Assembly: GCF_006345805.1 (NCBI RefSeq)
Contig: NC_043013.1
Coordinates: forward strand, 51,150,001 to 51,214,000
Direction of reading: 5' to 3'
Origin: Octopus sinensis
Taxonomy: Eukaryota
Length of the DNA stretch: 64,000 nucleotides
Shown one piece after another: positions 37,969-52,085 of this stretch (position 1 is the first letter of the stretch; every line of letters begins with the position of its first letter). Both the position numbers and the translations under genes were made by a program. A model generated the notes under the pieces. It was given only the letters and a program-made list of their open reading frames with translations. It made no database searches and was not told the DNA's origin.

Positions 37969-38269
37969 CGCAGGAGTGGCTGTGTAGTAGGTAGCTTGCT
38001 TACCAACCACATGGTTCCGGGTTCAGTCCCACTGCGGGGCACCTTGGGCAAGGGTCTTCAACCATAGCTTCGGGTCAACCAAAGCCTTGTGAGTGGATTT
38101 GGTAGACAAAAGAGACCGATAGAATATGCGGTTTGGCAAAAGAGACCGATAGAATAAGTACTAGGCTTACAAAGAATAAGTCCTGGGGTCGATTTGTTCG
38201 ACTAAAGGCGGTGCTCCAGTATGGCCGCAGTCAAATGACTGAAACAAATAAAAGAGTAAAAGTGTAAAA

Positions 38270-38270
<1 letters not shown>
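37967..38270 (+). mobile_element. SINE family A, internally rearranged
   Basis: Middle deleted; AAAAGAGACCGATAGAAT duplicated. Confidence 0.9.
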
Positions 38271-38310
<40 letters not shown>

Positions 38311-38311
<1 letters not shown>

Positions 38312-38940
38312 TAGCAGTATCGCCCGGCGTTGCTCGGTTTGTAAGGGAAATACTATATAAGCATTTTTAGAGAGTTATAGCCAAAAAATAGCAAAAAATG
38401 CATTAAAAATGGAAAAAAATATGATGGTAATTTTTTTAAAAATCGTTGACTCATCGTAGACATTTTTAGAGAGTTACTTCCCTTATATAATAGCGAAAAA
38501 ATGCATTAAATCGAAAAAAAACGATGGTAAATTTTTTTTAAATCGTAGACTCATGTAGACGCTTTCTTAGCCATTTCTGTTTTGGTGTCTTCAAGCCATG
38601 AAGTCGTTGTTCTAAAAGAACACTGGTCTCCTTGACAACGCATTACGACGTTGATTTCCTTACACTCCCTTCCCCACAGGTGCAGTGTGAGCGTGGACGC
38701 CAACTCCGCCGCCATCGACACACGAAAAATTATGCATTAAAATGGAATAAAAAATGATGTTAATTATTTTTAAAATCGTAGACTCATCGTAGACGCGCGC
38801 TAATATTCAGACGGGCTCGATATGAATCACGACTATAAGCTAACCCGAATTTGTTAAACTGTACCGCAAAATGTGGGAGTAGTTAGGAATCTAAATCGAA
38901 GGGGACAGACACTCACACAACTACATTTTATATATATAGA
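38311..38940 (-). mobile_element. Non-autonomous Helitron, 630 bp, intact ends
   Basis: 5' A|TCTATATATATAAAA; 3' hairpin CCGAGCAACGCCGGG then CTAG|T; no TSD; internal repeats of TTTTAAAATCGTAGACTCATCGTAGAC. Confidence 0.92.
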
Positions 38941-38979
38941 TATACATAGCGCAGTAGTGGTGAGATATGACGCAAAGAA

Positions 38980-39320
38980 AAGCATACATTCACTCTCTGC
39001 ATGCAATTAGACTCGGAAAGTTCGTGAGGAACCCATTGACCCAATTTCTGACTTTTCCGATAGCACACAGGTGTCAATGAATGGTTGAATGACCAAATCC
39101 AAGCTTCTCTGCTAGTTCCTCAACAGTTACGATGATATTTTGTTCCACCAGGGTTTTCAGGATGTCCTTGTCGAGTTCTACAGATCTTTCAGGATGAGGC
39201 TCGTCTTCTAGGCTGCAGTTTATGGCTCGGGATTTCTGGAACCACCATTGACACTGCCTTACGCTTATTGTCCAATCCCCATATACTGCATTAATATTTC
39301 TTGTAGTTTGCACCCATTTT
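38980..39320 (-). mobile_element. mariner transposase N-terminal remnant
   Basis: RNINAVYG..ISVRQCQWWFQK...SLEDEPH...TVEELAEKLGFGHSTIH, the mariner HTH region. Confidence 0.85.
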
Positions 39321-39606
39321 ATTCTGTTATTCTTTATATGTTTTCAGCCTTGAGGTTGTGGCCATGCTGGATCATGTGGTGTGGTGTGTGGTGTGTGTGT
39401 CTATCTGTCTGTCTGTCTGTATATATATGTATATGTAGTGTGTGAACAATAATATTTTCAACAGATGTGTTGCAAATGTATCTGATTGTTCTCAGGCTTC
39501 AATACTGTGTGTGTGTGTGTATGTGTGTGTGTGTGTATGTATGTATGTATATGTATGTATGTATGTATGTGTGTATGTATGTTTGTGTGTGTGTATGTAT
39601 GTGTCT

Positions 39607-39682
<76 letters not shown>

Positions 39683-39959
39683 ATGTATGTATGTATGTAT
39701 GGGTGTATGTTTACTTTATTACTAATTACTCTCTTCCAAGAACATTTTCACTCACTCTTAGCTCCCCATACATTTTACTCATGTATCTATCAGCGTCATA
39801 GACAGAATACTTTCAATTTAGTCTTCCTCAAATCACTGTCGCTATTTACTTTCATTTTATTCGTTGCCCACTGTGTGTGTGCGTTTGCGTGTGGTGTAAC
39901 CAGACTAAGAAAGCATTTGACACACACACCAGAATGTGAGTTTTTCTGTAATTTTGCTT

Positions 39960-40112
39960 AATTGGAGTTTAAATTTTAAAACTGGACCTGGCATGACGCG
40001 ATGCATTGTACTCTCAAAAATGCTAGGTAAATTGTAATTGAAGAAATCCTATATTGTAGATTTCTATAACTCCCAAAGGGAGGCAGATAAAATCTGCCTT
40101 TTATAATAAGAG

Positions 40113-40113
<1 letters not shown>
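39960..40113 (-). mobile_element. Possible Helitron 5' fragment
   Basis: A|TCTCTTATTATAAAA start followed by a GGCAGAT/ATCTGCC hairpin; no 3' end recognised. Confidence 0.4.
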
Positions 40114-40143
<30 letters not shown>

Positions 40144-41155
40144 CTTACATACATATAAATTGCATATACACCTATTTATGCATATATATAATGTGTGCGT
40201 GTCTGTTCAAATATACCAAGTGTATATTCAATATGGAGCAAAGTGTGTGTGTGTGTGTGTGCATGTATCACAACGTAGCGCTCTCCAGCTGGAATATGCG
40301 AAGAGAGCGCAAATGCAAATGTAAAACTGAAGGGAACGCGATTAGGGTTCGATATATTTGTCGTGTATGGATTCCAATCCAGAATGCTGATCGAAGTTGA
40401 CAGGCTGCATTTAAGAATACATACGATGCTAATATACTTCTGTTATTCCAGAATTCTATAAGCGAATAACATCTCTGTATCGTGTTTTATATTTGCATAT
40501 AACCGCACATATTCATGGAAGTGTTTATGTGTCTATACATTTATATATACATGTGTGTGTGTGCGTGCCTGTGGGTGTATATAAATATGTATGTATATAT
40601 ACATTTATTCATACTTATACACAATCACTCACACTAAATTATAAATATATATGTGTGCGTATTTTATTGACGTTGAATGCTATACGGCTTGAATTGTACA
40701 CACAGCTATATACATACATACACATACACACACATAGAGGACTCGTTAAACCTATTAGTCTATATTTTCTGTTATCCTAGATGACTAAAAGGAATTATCA
40801 GTAAATAAATATACGCCGCCATGACACTGTATATTTATTTATCCATCACTCACTCTGTATTGGGACTTTGGTGAAAAGAATTATATAAATGTTTGAATAT
40901 TAAACAGACCGAACATGGATGGGAAATCTTGGTTTTAGAATATTCTTCGAAATATAGGACTCATTACATAAGAATTATATAATGATGAACCAATTATTTG
41001 TGTAGAAATATACGCATACACACACACACACACACACACACACGCAAATATATACACATGTGTGTTTGAATGTATATATATTCTGATTGAATCTGCCACT
41101 TGTTAACACGTACCTCCTTATGACAATGGAAACTTTCATTTGATCAAGATATCCT

Positions 41156-41241
41156 TGGCCTGAAGAACAGCCTGCAGTATACACCCCGTTTCGATATTTA
41201 CAACGTCTGAGGTTCCACTCGTTATGAAACATATGTAGGCC
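41156..41241 (+). ncRNA. Hammerhead-like motif, weak stems I and II
   Basis: CTGAAGA (41160-41166)...GAAA-CATATG-TA; palindromic stem III ACATATGT; GGC/GGCC flanks. Confidence 0.4.
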
Positions 41242-41496
41242 TGATCTTGTCTCCTCCATTCCTTAAATCTATGTATTTTTATTCGCACACCTGGCAACCC
41301 TGGTCGCCTACTGTGGAATATGAAAAGAATTTTTTTGCAGCTTATCGTTCTTCGATACAAAAAAAAAACTAAAAAAAACAACACAAATCCATAACCTTCC
41401 TTCTCAAAAAACCACCATTGTCCCTGAAAGTTTTTTCTTATATTTAATACGGATTACTTGAAGCTGACCTTTTCCTTACACCTCGGTCCCTAAATC

Positions 41497-41987
41497 TTAT
41501 ATACATACATACACACACACACATATTATATATATATATATATATTACATGCATATATATATATATATATATACATACATATATATATATATATACATAC
41601 ATATATATATATATACATACATATATATATAAATATACATACATATATATATAATATACATACATATATATATATAATATATACATACATATATATATAT
41701 TATATTATACATATATATATATATATATAATACATACATATATACATACATATATATATATATATAGATATACATACATATATATATATATACATACATA
41801 TATATATATATAATATACATATATATATATATACATACATATATATATACATAACTATATATAAATATACATACATATATATATACATACATTATATATA
41901 TACATATATATATATACATTACATATTATATACATATACATATATATATCATATACATATATATATACATATACATATATATATACC

Positions 41988-42018
<31 letters not shown>

Positions 42019-42118
42019 ATACATACACATATATATATACATACTATATATATATATACATATACTATATATATATATACATATATATATATATCTATAT
42101 ATATATAACATATATATA

Positions 42119-42150
<32 letters not shown>

Positions 42151-42366
42151 CATATATATATATATATCATACATATATATACATATACAATATATATACA
42201 TATACAATATATATACATATACATATATATATACATATACATATATATATACATATACATATATATATACATATACATATATATATACATATACATTATA
42301 TATACATACATATATATATATACATATATATATATATACATACATATATATATACATACATATATA

Positions 42367-42400
<34 letters not shown>

Positions 42401-42891
42401 GATATATATACATACATATATATATATATACATATATATATACATATATATATACATACATATATATATACATACATATATATATACATACATATATATA
42501 TACATACATATATATATACATACATATATATATACATACATATATATATACATACATATATATATATACATACATATATATATATATACATACATACATA
42601 TATATATACATACATACATATATATATACATACATACATACATATATACATACATACATATATATATACATACATATATATATACATACATATATATATA
42701 CATACATATATATATACATACATATATATATACATACATATATATATATACATACATATATATATACATACATATATATATACATACATATATATATATA
42801 CATACATATATATATATACATACATATATATATATACATACATATATATATACATACATATATATATACATACATATATATATATACATAC

Positions 42892-42942
<51 letters not shown>

Positions 42943-43021
42943 CATACATGTATATATACATACATATATATATACATACATATATATATATATACATACA
43001 TATATATATATATATACATAC

Positions 43022-43063
<42 letters not shown>

Positions 43064-43097
43064 ATACATGTACAAATATATATACATACATACATAT
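41497..43097. repeat. 1.6-kb compound (TA)n/(TACA)n microsatellite
   Basis: Direct reading; it is the source of the 442/380/275-aa pseudo-ORFs. Confidence 0.98.
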
Positions 43098-43439
43098 TGA
43101 ATAATAATACTAATAACAACCAATTATGACTGCTTCCGATTTTGGCTAAAAGCCACCACTTATAGGGGAAGTGGGTTTGTCTATTGGATCCATGCAGTGT
43201 TTGACTGTTACCTATTTCATCAATATCAACCGGATGAAACGCAAAGATGACCAAGTGATTTCAACTCAGAACACGAGGAACAACAATCAATGCCGCTATG
43301 TATTTCGGGCCCCACGCCAACCCTTCTTCCCATAACGATTGTGAAAGTAATAAGGCTTTCGTATTAACCACAAATGTTGACAAAAGAGAATTGGTGGCTG
43401 TGCAGACAGCACGTTGGACGATAAAGTGTGGGCTTACAT

Positions 43440-43930
43440 AAACAACGTATCAACAAATTATAAGAATAAAATATGGAAAAAATATCAAAAGAAAAATTCC
43501 TCGAAAGTGAGATCTACGTCTGAGGGCTACTCTTGGAAACCTACAAAACAATGGTAATCCTGGTCGTTTAGACAAGTCAATTCCATCAAAAATCATAACA
43601 GAAATATTATGGTTTATACAAAAGATGGGACCTGTAAAGATTCCTATTGCAGAATGCACCATACACAACTTGATATGTGTTCGTTGTACAACAGAATAAA
43701 TAATTAAACACAAGATTTAAAGAACATAGGTACGATGCCAGGAACTACAGAAATAGTTCGACAAAACCTGCCGAACATTTTACATAGAACGGCAGCAATT
43801 TCGAAGAACACCTGAAAGTGTACTTTCTCAGAAAATTTGCTGACTATTACACTTTCAGTCCTTAAAATGTGCGACAAATATATTTGTGAATTCCTAACAT
43901 CAGGTCCTGAAGGTGTGAATAAAATATCAT
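43440..43930 (+). mobile_element. Penelope-like GIY-YIG endonuclease remnant
   Basis: Fragments HNLICVRC...*I, TRFKEHRYD, AEHF and YICEFLTSGPEGVN match the Penelope-type GIY-YIG C-terminus (R-x-x-E-H, HF, PxGxN). Confidence 0.7.
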
Positions 43931-44239
43931 GGGAATTACATCGCATTTATACAAAACTGTTCGATGAAGTATTTTTTTCCTATTTTTCTTTCGTCTTTTT
44001 CCTTTTACCAGTTAAAGTGAAAAATGATGACGTCATTTTATCTAAATAAGAACGCAGGGATTCGTCGTTTATATATTAAAATTCTGTGTTTTCTGCGGGT
44101 TTTTCTTTTTCATTTTATGTTTTGAACCAAAAGAAAATAGATGATCTGTTGAAATATTGTTCAAACTGTTAAATAAACAATCTATTACAAATCGCATCAC
44201 GCTCTTCTTTTGTATAATAATAATAATAATAATAATAAA

Positions 44240-44795
44240 ATGCCCTGATGCAGTACCAGGCAGTGGCTCTCATGGCTTCTGATCTTAACTGATTGGAAGT
44301 GTTATCATGTACATTGTTTTGTCTTGGTATAAAAGATGGACTACCGCAAATATTCTGCTCAATACCACAGATTTGCTTGTCAGTTGTTTGAGCTTAACCA
44401 GTTGAGCATGTCCCTTGGTGGCTGACGATATGTGCATCTCTGATCACAAGCAGAAGTAGTGGGGGAGCATCATAACATCATAGTACATACTGAGAGGATT
44501 TCTTTGGGGATTGGATAATTCACCTCTGGAAACATGGGCGTTTCGTTCAACATCCTTAAACAACTCTTATTCAGGGACCTTTTGAGTGGGATGGGCTACT
44601 TGACATGAAGAAAACTGGGACCCACCTGCAAGATCATGCACTGTTTATCTTGATATGAGATCACCATGTCGCGTACATATGGTTGTGATGCATGTGCCTG
44701 GTGTACCCTTATCAGCCTGGTAATCATGATGGGTATATTGGGCTTCGCATATTTTACCCTAGTGTCACTTTGATGGCATGTGCTGCTCTCCCAGG
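44240..44795. mobile_element. Unclassified dispersed repeat between (TAA)n tracts
   Basis: 44410-44710 aligns with 49255-49552 and, inverted, with 51657-51835. Confidence 0.7.
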
Positions 44796-44829
44796 CAATA
44801 ATATTTATAATAATAATAATTTCTATTAT

Positions 44830-44988
44830 AGATACCAAGGCCTGAAATTTACTGGTACTTTATCGACCCCGACAAGATGAAAGACAAAGTCGACCTTGGC
44901 AGAATTTGAATTCAGAATGAGAAAAACGGACGTAATGCTCCTGAATACTTTGTCCGGCACGCTTAACGACTCTGCCAACTCGCCGCAA
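44830..44988 (-). mobile_element. SINE family B
   Basis: Core and head match. Confidence 0.85.
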
Positions 44989-45094
44989 TAACAAGAGCAT
45001 TCAGAGAGCGCAAACCTCCACCAAGGCAACACCAACGATTAACCGGAGATGATTTTTAAAATGAGAATATCTGAAATAAACTTGACTTGCAGCA

Positions 45095-45846
45095 CAAGGC
45101 CAAAGCCTCCCCACCAGAAATTACTAAAAACGTATAATGAAAAGAAACATAACAAGTAACTGCAGAATATGCGGAGATGGACAAGAAACAATAAATCATA
45201 TTGGCTCTGGCTGCTCAGTGCTGGTTAAGAAGGAATATATTCACAGACGACAAGAATGGGACCTACATACACTGGAAGCTATGCCAACATTATGGAATAA
45301 CAACAGAAAAAAGATGGTATTGGCACACGCCAGAAAAGGTCACAGAAAATGAGAAAGTAACAAAACTCTGGGATATGCCAATACACACAGATAGAGAAAT
45401 TAAGGCCAATAGGCCAGACATAATTGTCACAGATCATGAAGAAAAAAATACTTTCTAATTGATGTAGCAATACCATCAAATGACAACGTTTCCCTAAAAG
45501 AAATGGAGAAACTTTCAAAATACAAAGACCTGGAAATAGTGGTAACTCGAATATGGAGTTTAAAAACAGAAGCAATTCCTATCATAGTGGGTGCATTAGG
45601 TATGATAAAAAATTACTCAGACAAATACATAACAAAAACACCAAGATTAACAAGTATATATAACATACAGAAAATAGCGCTACTAGGTACTGCGTACATC
45701 CTACGTAAAACACTTTCAATAGAGTAACCACAAGAACATCACAGCAAACCACAGCACATACCCAAGGAAAACAGATCTGCGTTCAGTAGTGTAGTGAAAG
45801 CACGTTATAAAAACAAGACTACTGGGCAATATTAATAATAATAATG
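45095..45846 (+). mobile_element. R4/Dong-like LINE 3' remnant with (TAA)n tail
   Basis: Zinc knuckle CRICGDGQETINHIGSGC; LWDMPIHTDREIKANRPDII, EKLSKYKDL and PIIVGALG (RLE domain). Confidence 0.92.
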
Positions 45847-45859
45847 CTAACATAATATT

Positions 45860-46200
45860 ACTGACCTTACGATTGAAGCAAGAAGACCAGATTATAAAGG
45901 ACGAAATATACAAACAGTGTAAGGTCATAGATTGTTGCAATTTCCTGTGATAGCAGAGTCGATACAAAAGTAATTGGAAAAAAATGAAAAAGATCAGAAT
46001 CGATCCAGAGAGCTGAGGAGACTGTGGGAGACCAAGGCAACAATTATTACTGTAATAATTGGTGTACTTGGCACCCAAAATGCTACGTAAAAGACTGAAA
46101 GAGTTTGGATCTGAAATTCGCATTGTCGACCAGCAGAAAAATACCATTCTTTACTCTGCAGAAAGATGCTTGAAGAAAACCTCCAGGAAGATGCTTGAGA
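45860..46200 (+). mobile_element. Second, older RLE LINE fragment
   Basis: ELRRLWETK and VIIGVLG remnants directly after the first element's tail. Confidence 0.55.
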
Positions 46201-46279
46201 TTTCCACTTGACTCGTCACCAATCTTCAAGATAAAAAATCCCTGCTAATTAAATTTCCATGTACTAGCTTAATAACAGT

Positions 46280-46480
46280 TTCAAATTTTAGCACAAGGCC
46301 TGCAATTTTTGGGGAAGTGGTATGTCAATTACATCGACCGAAGTTCTTAGCTGGTGCTTACTTTATCGTCCCCGAAAGGATGAAAGACAAAGTCGACCTT
46401 GGTGGAATTTAAACTCAAAACGTAAAGCATTTTGCTTGGCGTGCTATCAATTCTGTCAGCTCACCACCTTATGTACAAGC

Positions 46481-46517
<37 letters not shown>

Positions 46518-46775
46518 TAATATTAATAATGAATATTGCTATTATTTCTAATTTTGGTTAGGATGGTCAGCTAGTAGAATCGTTAGCACGCCGGGCAAAA
46601 TGCTGCCCAGCATTTTGTCCGTCTTTACGTTCTGAGTTCAAATTCCGCCGAGGTTGACTTTGCCTTCATCCTTTTGGGGTCGATACAGTAAGTACGAGGC
46701 GAACACTGGTGTCGATGTAACGACTATCCCCCTCCCCCCAAATGTCAGGCCTTGTGCCTTTAGTAGAAAGGATTA
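46280..46775. mobile_element. Two divergently oriented family B SINEs
   Basis: 46280-46470 on the minus strand and 46560-46775 on the plus strand, separated by (TAA)n. Confidence 0.85.
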
Positions 46776-46889
46776 TTTCTAATTTTAGTAGAAAAGAATG
46801 CAGTCATTTTAAGTGAGGGTGGGTAGTCTCTACCCCCGCCCCTTCTATTTGGTTGGTATTTAATGTTATTGACCTTGGAAGGATGAAGG

Positions 46890-47420
46890 CAGAGCTGCAC
46901 ATTTAATTAGATGTTAGCAGCGAACATGCGGTATTTATACCAAGTTAGACACATCAGAATTACAGCAATTTACTAGATGCTGGTAGCAGGTGCTGCACAT
47001 TTGATGCGCTTTATCCATTAGTAATACTGCACATTTAACGAGATGTATGTGTTTTGCACATTTCATAAGAGATATGCATCATAGATGCAGCATACCTAAT
47101 GCGATGCAAGCTGTACATAAATTGCACATTTATCAAAATGTATGCACCCTACACACTTAAAAAGATACAGACAACAGTGGTACTGTAACGAGATATAAAC
47201 ATCAGAAATACTGCACATTTAACAAGAGAGATGATGCATATCTAGCGTGTTGTAAACATCAGAAAAATTACGCATCTAACAAGATGTAAGTTCCCGATAT
47301 CTTGCACACTTAACGAGATGCAGGCAACGGCATCTTCCTCGTTTAGTGAAATCTAAGCATCAAGAAAACTGCTCATTGAAGCAGATGTGTTGTACGTTTA
47401 ACAAGTGAGGTTGCACAGTT
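46890..47420. repeat. Degenerate minisatellite, core CTGCACATTTAACGAGATG
   Basis: Core-like motif recurs about 15 times or more, roughly 24-35 nt apart. Confidence 0.75.
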
Positions 47421-48544
47421 GTCAGAAATCACGTGATTTCCGCCTTCTTTGACTTTCTTTAATCGTAGATACCCGACTGTTGGTAATAGCAGTAACTACT
47501 CCACCAGCGATGAGTATAGAATCACAGAGCCCAATCAGGCACTGATGTCGCTAAAGGCTAGTGGGCTTATTAAAGTGCTTGTATGCAACACAAAACCATA
47601 TGAGAGTTTTTCTCATGGTAAATATTGCAGTATTGTGTACTCTAGCGCAACATCTACTTTTAAATGGTGATAAATTTTCACATTTATACACTTATATAAA
47701 AGTAAGTGGTAAGTTTCTTACTAGCAAACTCCGAGATCTAGTTTCATTTCTTCTAAAATGTCCTGGAAAAGTCAAGTAAATGGCTTAGTTTTCATTTCTG
47801 CCTATCCTAAGTTTATAAAGCAACATTAGCAATTACTTATTGAAAAATATATGAAGAAAACAACGCACTAATCTCTACATTTGCACGCTTGCAAATAGAA
47901 GTTAAAAAAAATTAAAACGAGCTATTTAGCTTTCAAAATACTTAAATATACATAAAACATTTTTTCAAGACTTTTTATATTTTTTATGAAACCTAAATTT
48001 TCTTGGTCAGATTTGGTAAAACTTTCAATATTCGAAAGTGTTATTGCCAGGTTTTTTATTATATAATTTTGGTGTAATATCAAACATTCTTAAACTTTCT
48101 CCAAAATCCTATGAAAAACTTTTCATGAGAACATTTCAAGTATTTGCGTATTAGATCGTCAGCTACCCAAATGTATACATGGCGTCGACATTAAAGTGAG
48201 TCTTTGAAGAATAATCTTTCTCATAATGTATTATTTGGAATTCATAATCCGTACTAATATTTTACTCGGCATCTAATCTCTTCCGTTCTTTCACCCACTG
48301 GTAAAAAAAAAAGGAAAAACAGCATTAAGGACATTTTTTTCATCATTTATGACATATAGGTAGTTATAGTATATTTATTGTGTTATCTTTTATCAGCAAT
48401 TTTTGTATTACTTTTGCAGATAACTAACAATTTTCTGAATACCGCCATTTTGGATTTTGATATTGGTTTATTAATTCATTGCAATATATATACTTCAGAG
48501 TTAAAGGCTGCAATCGGGTTTCGATTCCCAGTTGAATCTACAAT

Positions 48545-49202
48545 GATAGTTTCAAATTTTGACTCAAGGAGAGGAATTTTAATGGGAGGATGTTTCTCTG
48601 TTATATCGACCCCAATATTTGACCGCTATATCGACCACATTTTATGAACTCCCAAGAGGATGTCAGACTGAAAATGATGGAGTCAGAATTTGAAATCAGA
48701 ACGTAAAGTGCCGGAAGAAATCCTGCCGAGCATTTTGTCCGATGTGCTAATGATAAAGCCAGCTTGCCACCTTAAATGGCTTCATAGGTCGACAAGTATC
48801 GGGGAAATGGTAATAGACTACATAGAACCCTAGTAATCAGTTGGTATTTTTATTTCATCAGCTCAAAAAACAAAAGAAAGAAAAAATGAAAGCATGGTTG
48901 ATCTCAGCGGCATTTGAACTCAGAAGGTAAGAACCAAAATTCTTTAAATCATTTTCTCCGGTGCGCTAACGACTTTACCGTTCGACAACTTATCTGCTCC
49001 AAAGTTTGGCTCAGAGCCAGCAATTTTAGGCGGATGAGGTGAATCGATTTTATTGACTGATACTTGATTTATATTTTATTTTATCGACCGCGAAAAGATG
49101 GTCAAAACTGACTTCAGCGGGATTTGAATTCAGAATCTAAAGGTTCAAACAATTGCTGAGAAGCCTTTTGTCTGACTCCCGATTCTTTCTGCTCACCGCC
49201 TT
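48545..49202 (-). mobile_element. Three old tandem family B SINEs
   Basis: ATTTGAA(A/C/T)TCAGAA B-box complement at about 48690, 48915 and 49125, each with diverged flanks. Confidence 0.75.
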
Positions 49203-49579
49203 CCGAAACTGAAAAAATGAGATTTGTTTTGTCCCCTAAAATGTGTTCCTTTTCACCCCTTGGTGGCTGATATGTGCACTTCTTATTACGAGCAAGAGTA
49301 ATGGGGGAGCGTCGTAATCATGTGTTGAGAGGAATTCTTAGAGATTTGAATAATTCAACTCTGGAAACATGGGTGTTTGGTCCATCATTCTTAAACAATC
49401 CTTATTCAGGGATCTTTTGAGCGGGATGAGCTACTCGACCTGAAGAAAATTCTAACTGGGACCCATCTGCAAGGTCATGCGCTGTTTATCTTGACATCAG
49501 AACACCATGTCGCGCGCACATATGGTTGTGATGTATGTGCCTGATGTACCCTTTATTATTATTATTATTATTATTATAG

Positions 49580-49825
49580 ACGTCGCACAGTGTACAATAT
49601 CGTGAGGTTGTTGATTGTAGATTTGTGTCCATCAGAGGTTTGTACTGTTTGTCAAATCACAACAAGGACCTCAGACAGAGAGTACTTTACGCAATATGCC
49701 TGCAGTTCCAAGTAATACCGACTTTTGCAATACATCTAGATTGTAGGGTATTTCTAAGGTTTTCAGATTGGGTGGTATTGAACCCAATGCGCCGATGACA
49801 ATACGGATAACCTTTATGTTCGACA
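49580..49825 (-). mobile_element. R4/Dong-like LINE 3' fragment
   Basis: IVIGALGSIP...LQKSVLLGTAGILRKVLSV* followed by a (TAA)n tail. Confidence 0.85.
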
Positions 49826-49840
49826 CTGGCGGCGGCGGCG

Positions 49841-49871
<31 letters not shown>

Positions 49872-50359
49872 TATTATTATTATTATTTTTATTATTTCAC
49901 TACATTTCTCTTCCAGAAGTAAATAACTACTTGTTTGTTACTTCACTAAATGGGAGATCAATAATTTATTATTAACCTGTCGAGTTAGCAAGATAATAAT
50001 ATTTACAAGAATTTCCAAGACAGAGCCGCACAGCGCTTCGGTTCCAGAGAGAGGAGAGCGAAAGAGAAATGACGTAATCGGAATTGTGTTTACCGTCTAG
50101 AGCTTGGTTGAGGTCTTTTATTATTGGTTTTTCAAGAGTTTTATAAAATTTAATGATGTAGACAAGAGTGGGAGGTCAAAGTGAAATACAACAATGGTAG
50201 AAAAAGCAGCAGGTGAAAGACAGAAACAGAACTGAGGTAGCAGTTTTCATATGAAATATTAATCAACGTAATCATAAATATTTGTACCATACCGAACTGT
50301 ATACTATACAGGTGTGTGTGTGTGTGTGTATTTTTGTTTGTGAATGCACTTATATATGT

Positions 50360-50780
50360 ACGTGTATATGTAGTATATACATATATACATACGTGTATAT
50401 ATATATATATATACATATATGTGTATACATACATGTGTGTATATATACATATATGTGTATATACATATATATATGCATATATATATACATATATGTGTAT
50501 ATATGTACATATGTGTGTATATATGTACATATATATGTGTATATGTACATATGTGTGTATATGTACATATGTGTGTATATATGTACATATATATGTGTAT
50601 ATATATATATGCATATATATATATGCATATATATACATATATGTATATATATGTAGATATGTGTGTATATATGTACATATATATGTGTATATATATACAT
50701 ATATATGTGTATATATATACATATATATATATATATACATATATATGTGTATATATATATTATATATATATATATATGAA
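50360..50780. repeat. Compound (TA)n/(TG)n/(TACA)n microsatellite
   Basis: Direct reading. Confidence 0.96.
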
Positions 50781-51062
50781 TTCAAAGATATTAATGTATT
50801 CATATATGTTCTTATTCATGATATGTATATGCATATATGCAAGTACATTTTTATATATTTAAATATATGCATATATACATATATGTGTGGTGTGTGTAAA
50901 TATACATATACACACACGTATATGCATGTATATGTATGTATAAATATATCTATCGCTCTCTCTCTATATATATGTACGTTTAAATATATATTTACTTTAT
51001 AAATGAGTCTATGTAAATACTTATATATATATATATATATATATATGTATACGCATTTATAT

Positions 51063-51093
<31 letters not shown>

Positions 51094-51499
51094 TGCATAC
51101 TAATAATTAATGTATATAGCTGTATGTATATGAATATATACACATAAATACACACACACACACACATATATATATTAATTATTTGTGAGCATTATCAGAG
51201 TGTGTGAGTGATTTTGTATGTGTGTCTATGTATATGTGTGTTTCATTAAGTGCGGATATATGTTCATGTGTATATATGTTCTAAGTATGTTTGTGTACAC
51301 AACTGGCTTATAAATCGATTTTGAAGATTTTAAAGTTTCTAAAATAAGAATTCTCTTATTGAAACAAACAAATGTAGAAATCTCAGAATATTGCATGATT
51401 TCTAGATAATCTTCGATTTTAAACTCACCAAGTTCTGGGTATAAACCTGGGTACATATGCAACAAAGTGTGTGCGTTTATGTTATTTTTTATTGTTTTT

Positions 51500-52085
51500 T
51501 TCTTTTATTTGTTTCAGTCATGAAAGCGGTCATGCTGGAGCATTGACTTTTAGTGGAACAAATCGACCCCAGAATTTATTCTTTGTAAGCCTAGTACTTG
51601 TTCTATCTGTGTATTTTGCCGAACCGCTAGGTTACGGGGAAGTAAACACACCGCATAAAAGGTCCCTGAATAAGGGTTGTATAAGGATGATGGACGAAAC
51701 ACCCAGGTTTCCGGAGATGACTTATTCGAACCTGAAAGAATTCCTCTCAACTCATGATTATGATGCGTCCCCACTGCTCTTGCAGTGATCTGAAAAGCAA
51801 ATATCATGATCACAAACGCAAATATCAGCCATTAAGGGGTCAAAAGGAACACATTTTAGGGGACAAAACGAATCTCATTATTTCAACTCTTTTACGTGTT
51901 TCAGTCGTTTGACTGCTGCTATGGTAGGGCACCGCTTTGTTTTAGAGGAAAAAATCGACCCCAGGAATTATTCTTTGCAAGCCTAGTACTTATTCTATCG
52001 GTTCCTAAGGCCGAACCGCTAAGTTACGGGTTCGGAAACACACCAGCATCGGTTGTCAAGTGCTGGTGGGCTGGGTCAAACACAC
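51500..52085 (-). mobile_element. Two family A SINE 3' halves flanking the unclassified repeat
   Basis: 51500-51653 and 51885-52085 both match the family A tail. Confidence 0.8.

Noticed and set aside
41926-43254. 442-, 380- and 275-aa ORFs (and similar ones at 16.3-17.0, 32.2-32.8 and 50.1-51.0 kb)
   Set aside because: Translations of TA/TACA microsatellites, which lack stops by composition.
44027-44036. CRE-like TGACGTCA sites (also near 28399 and 37002)
   Set aside because: Isolated 8-mers without promoter context; a few are expected in 64 kb.
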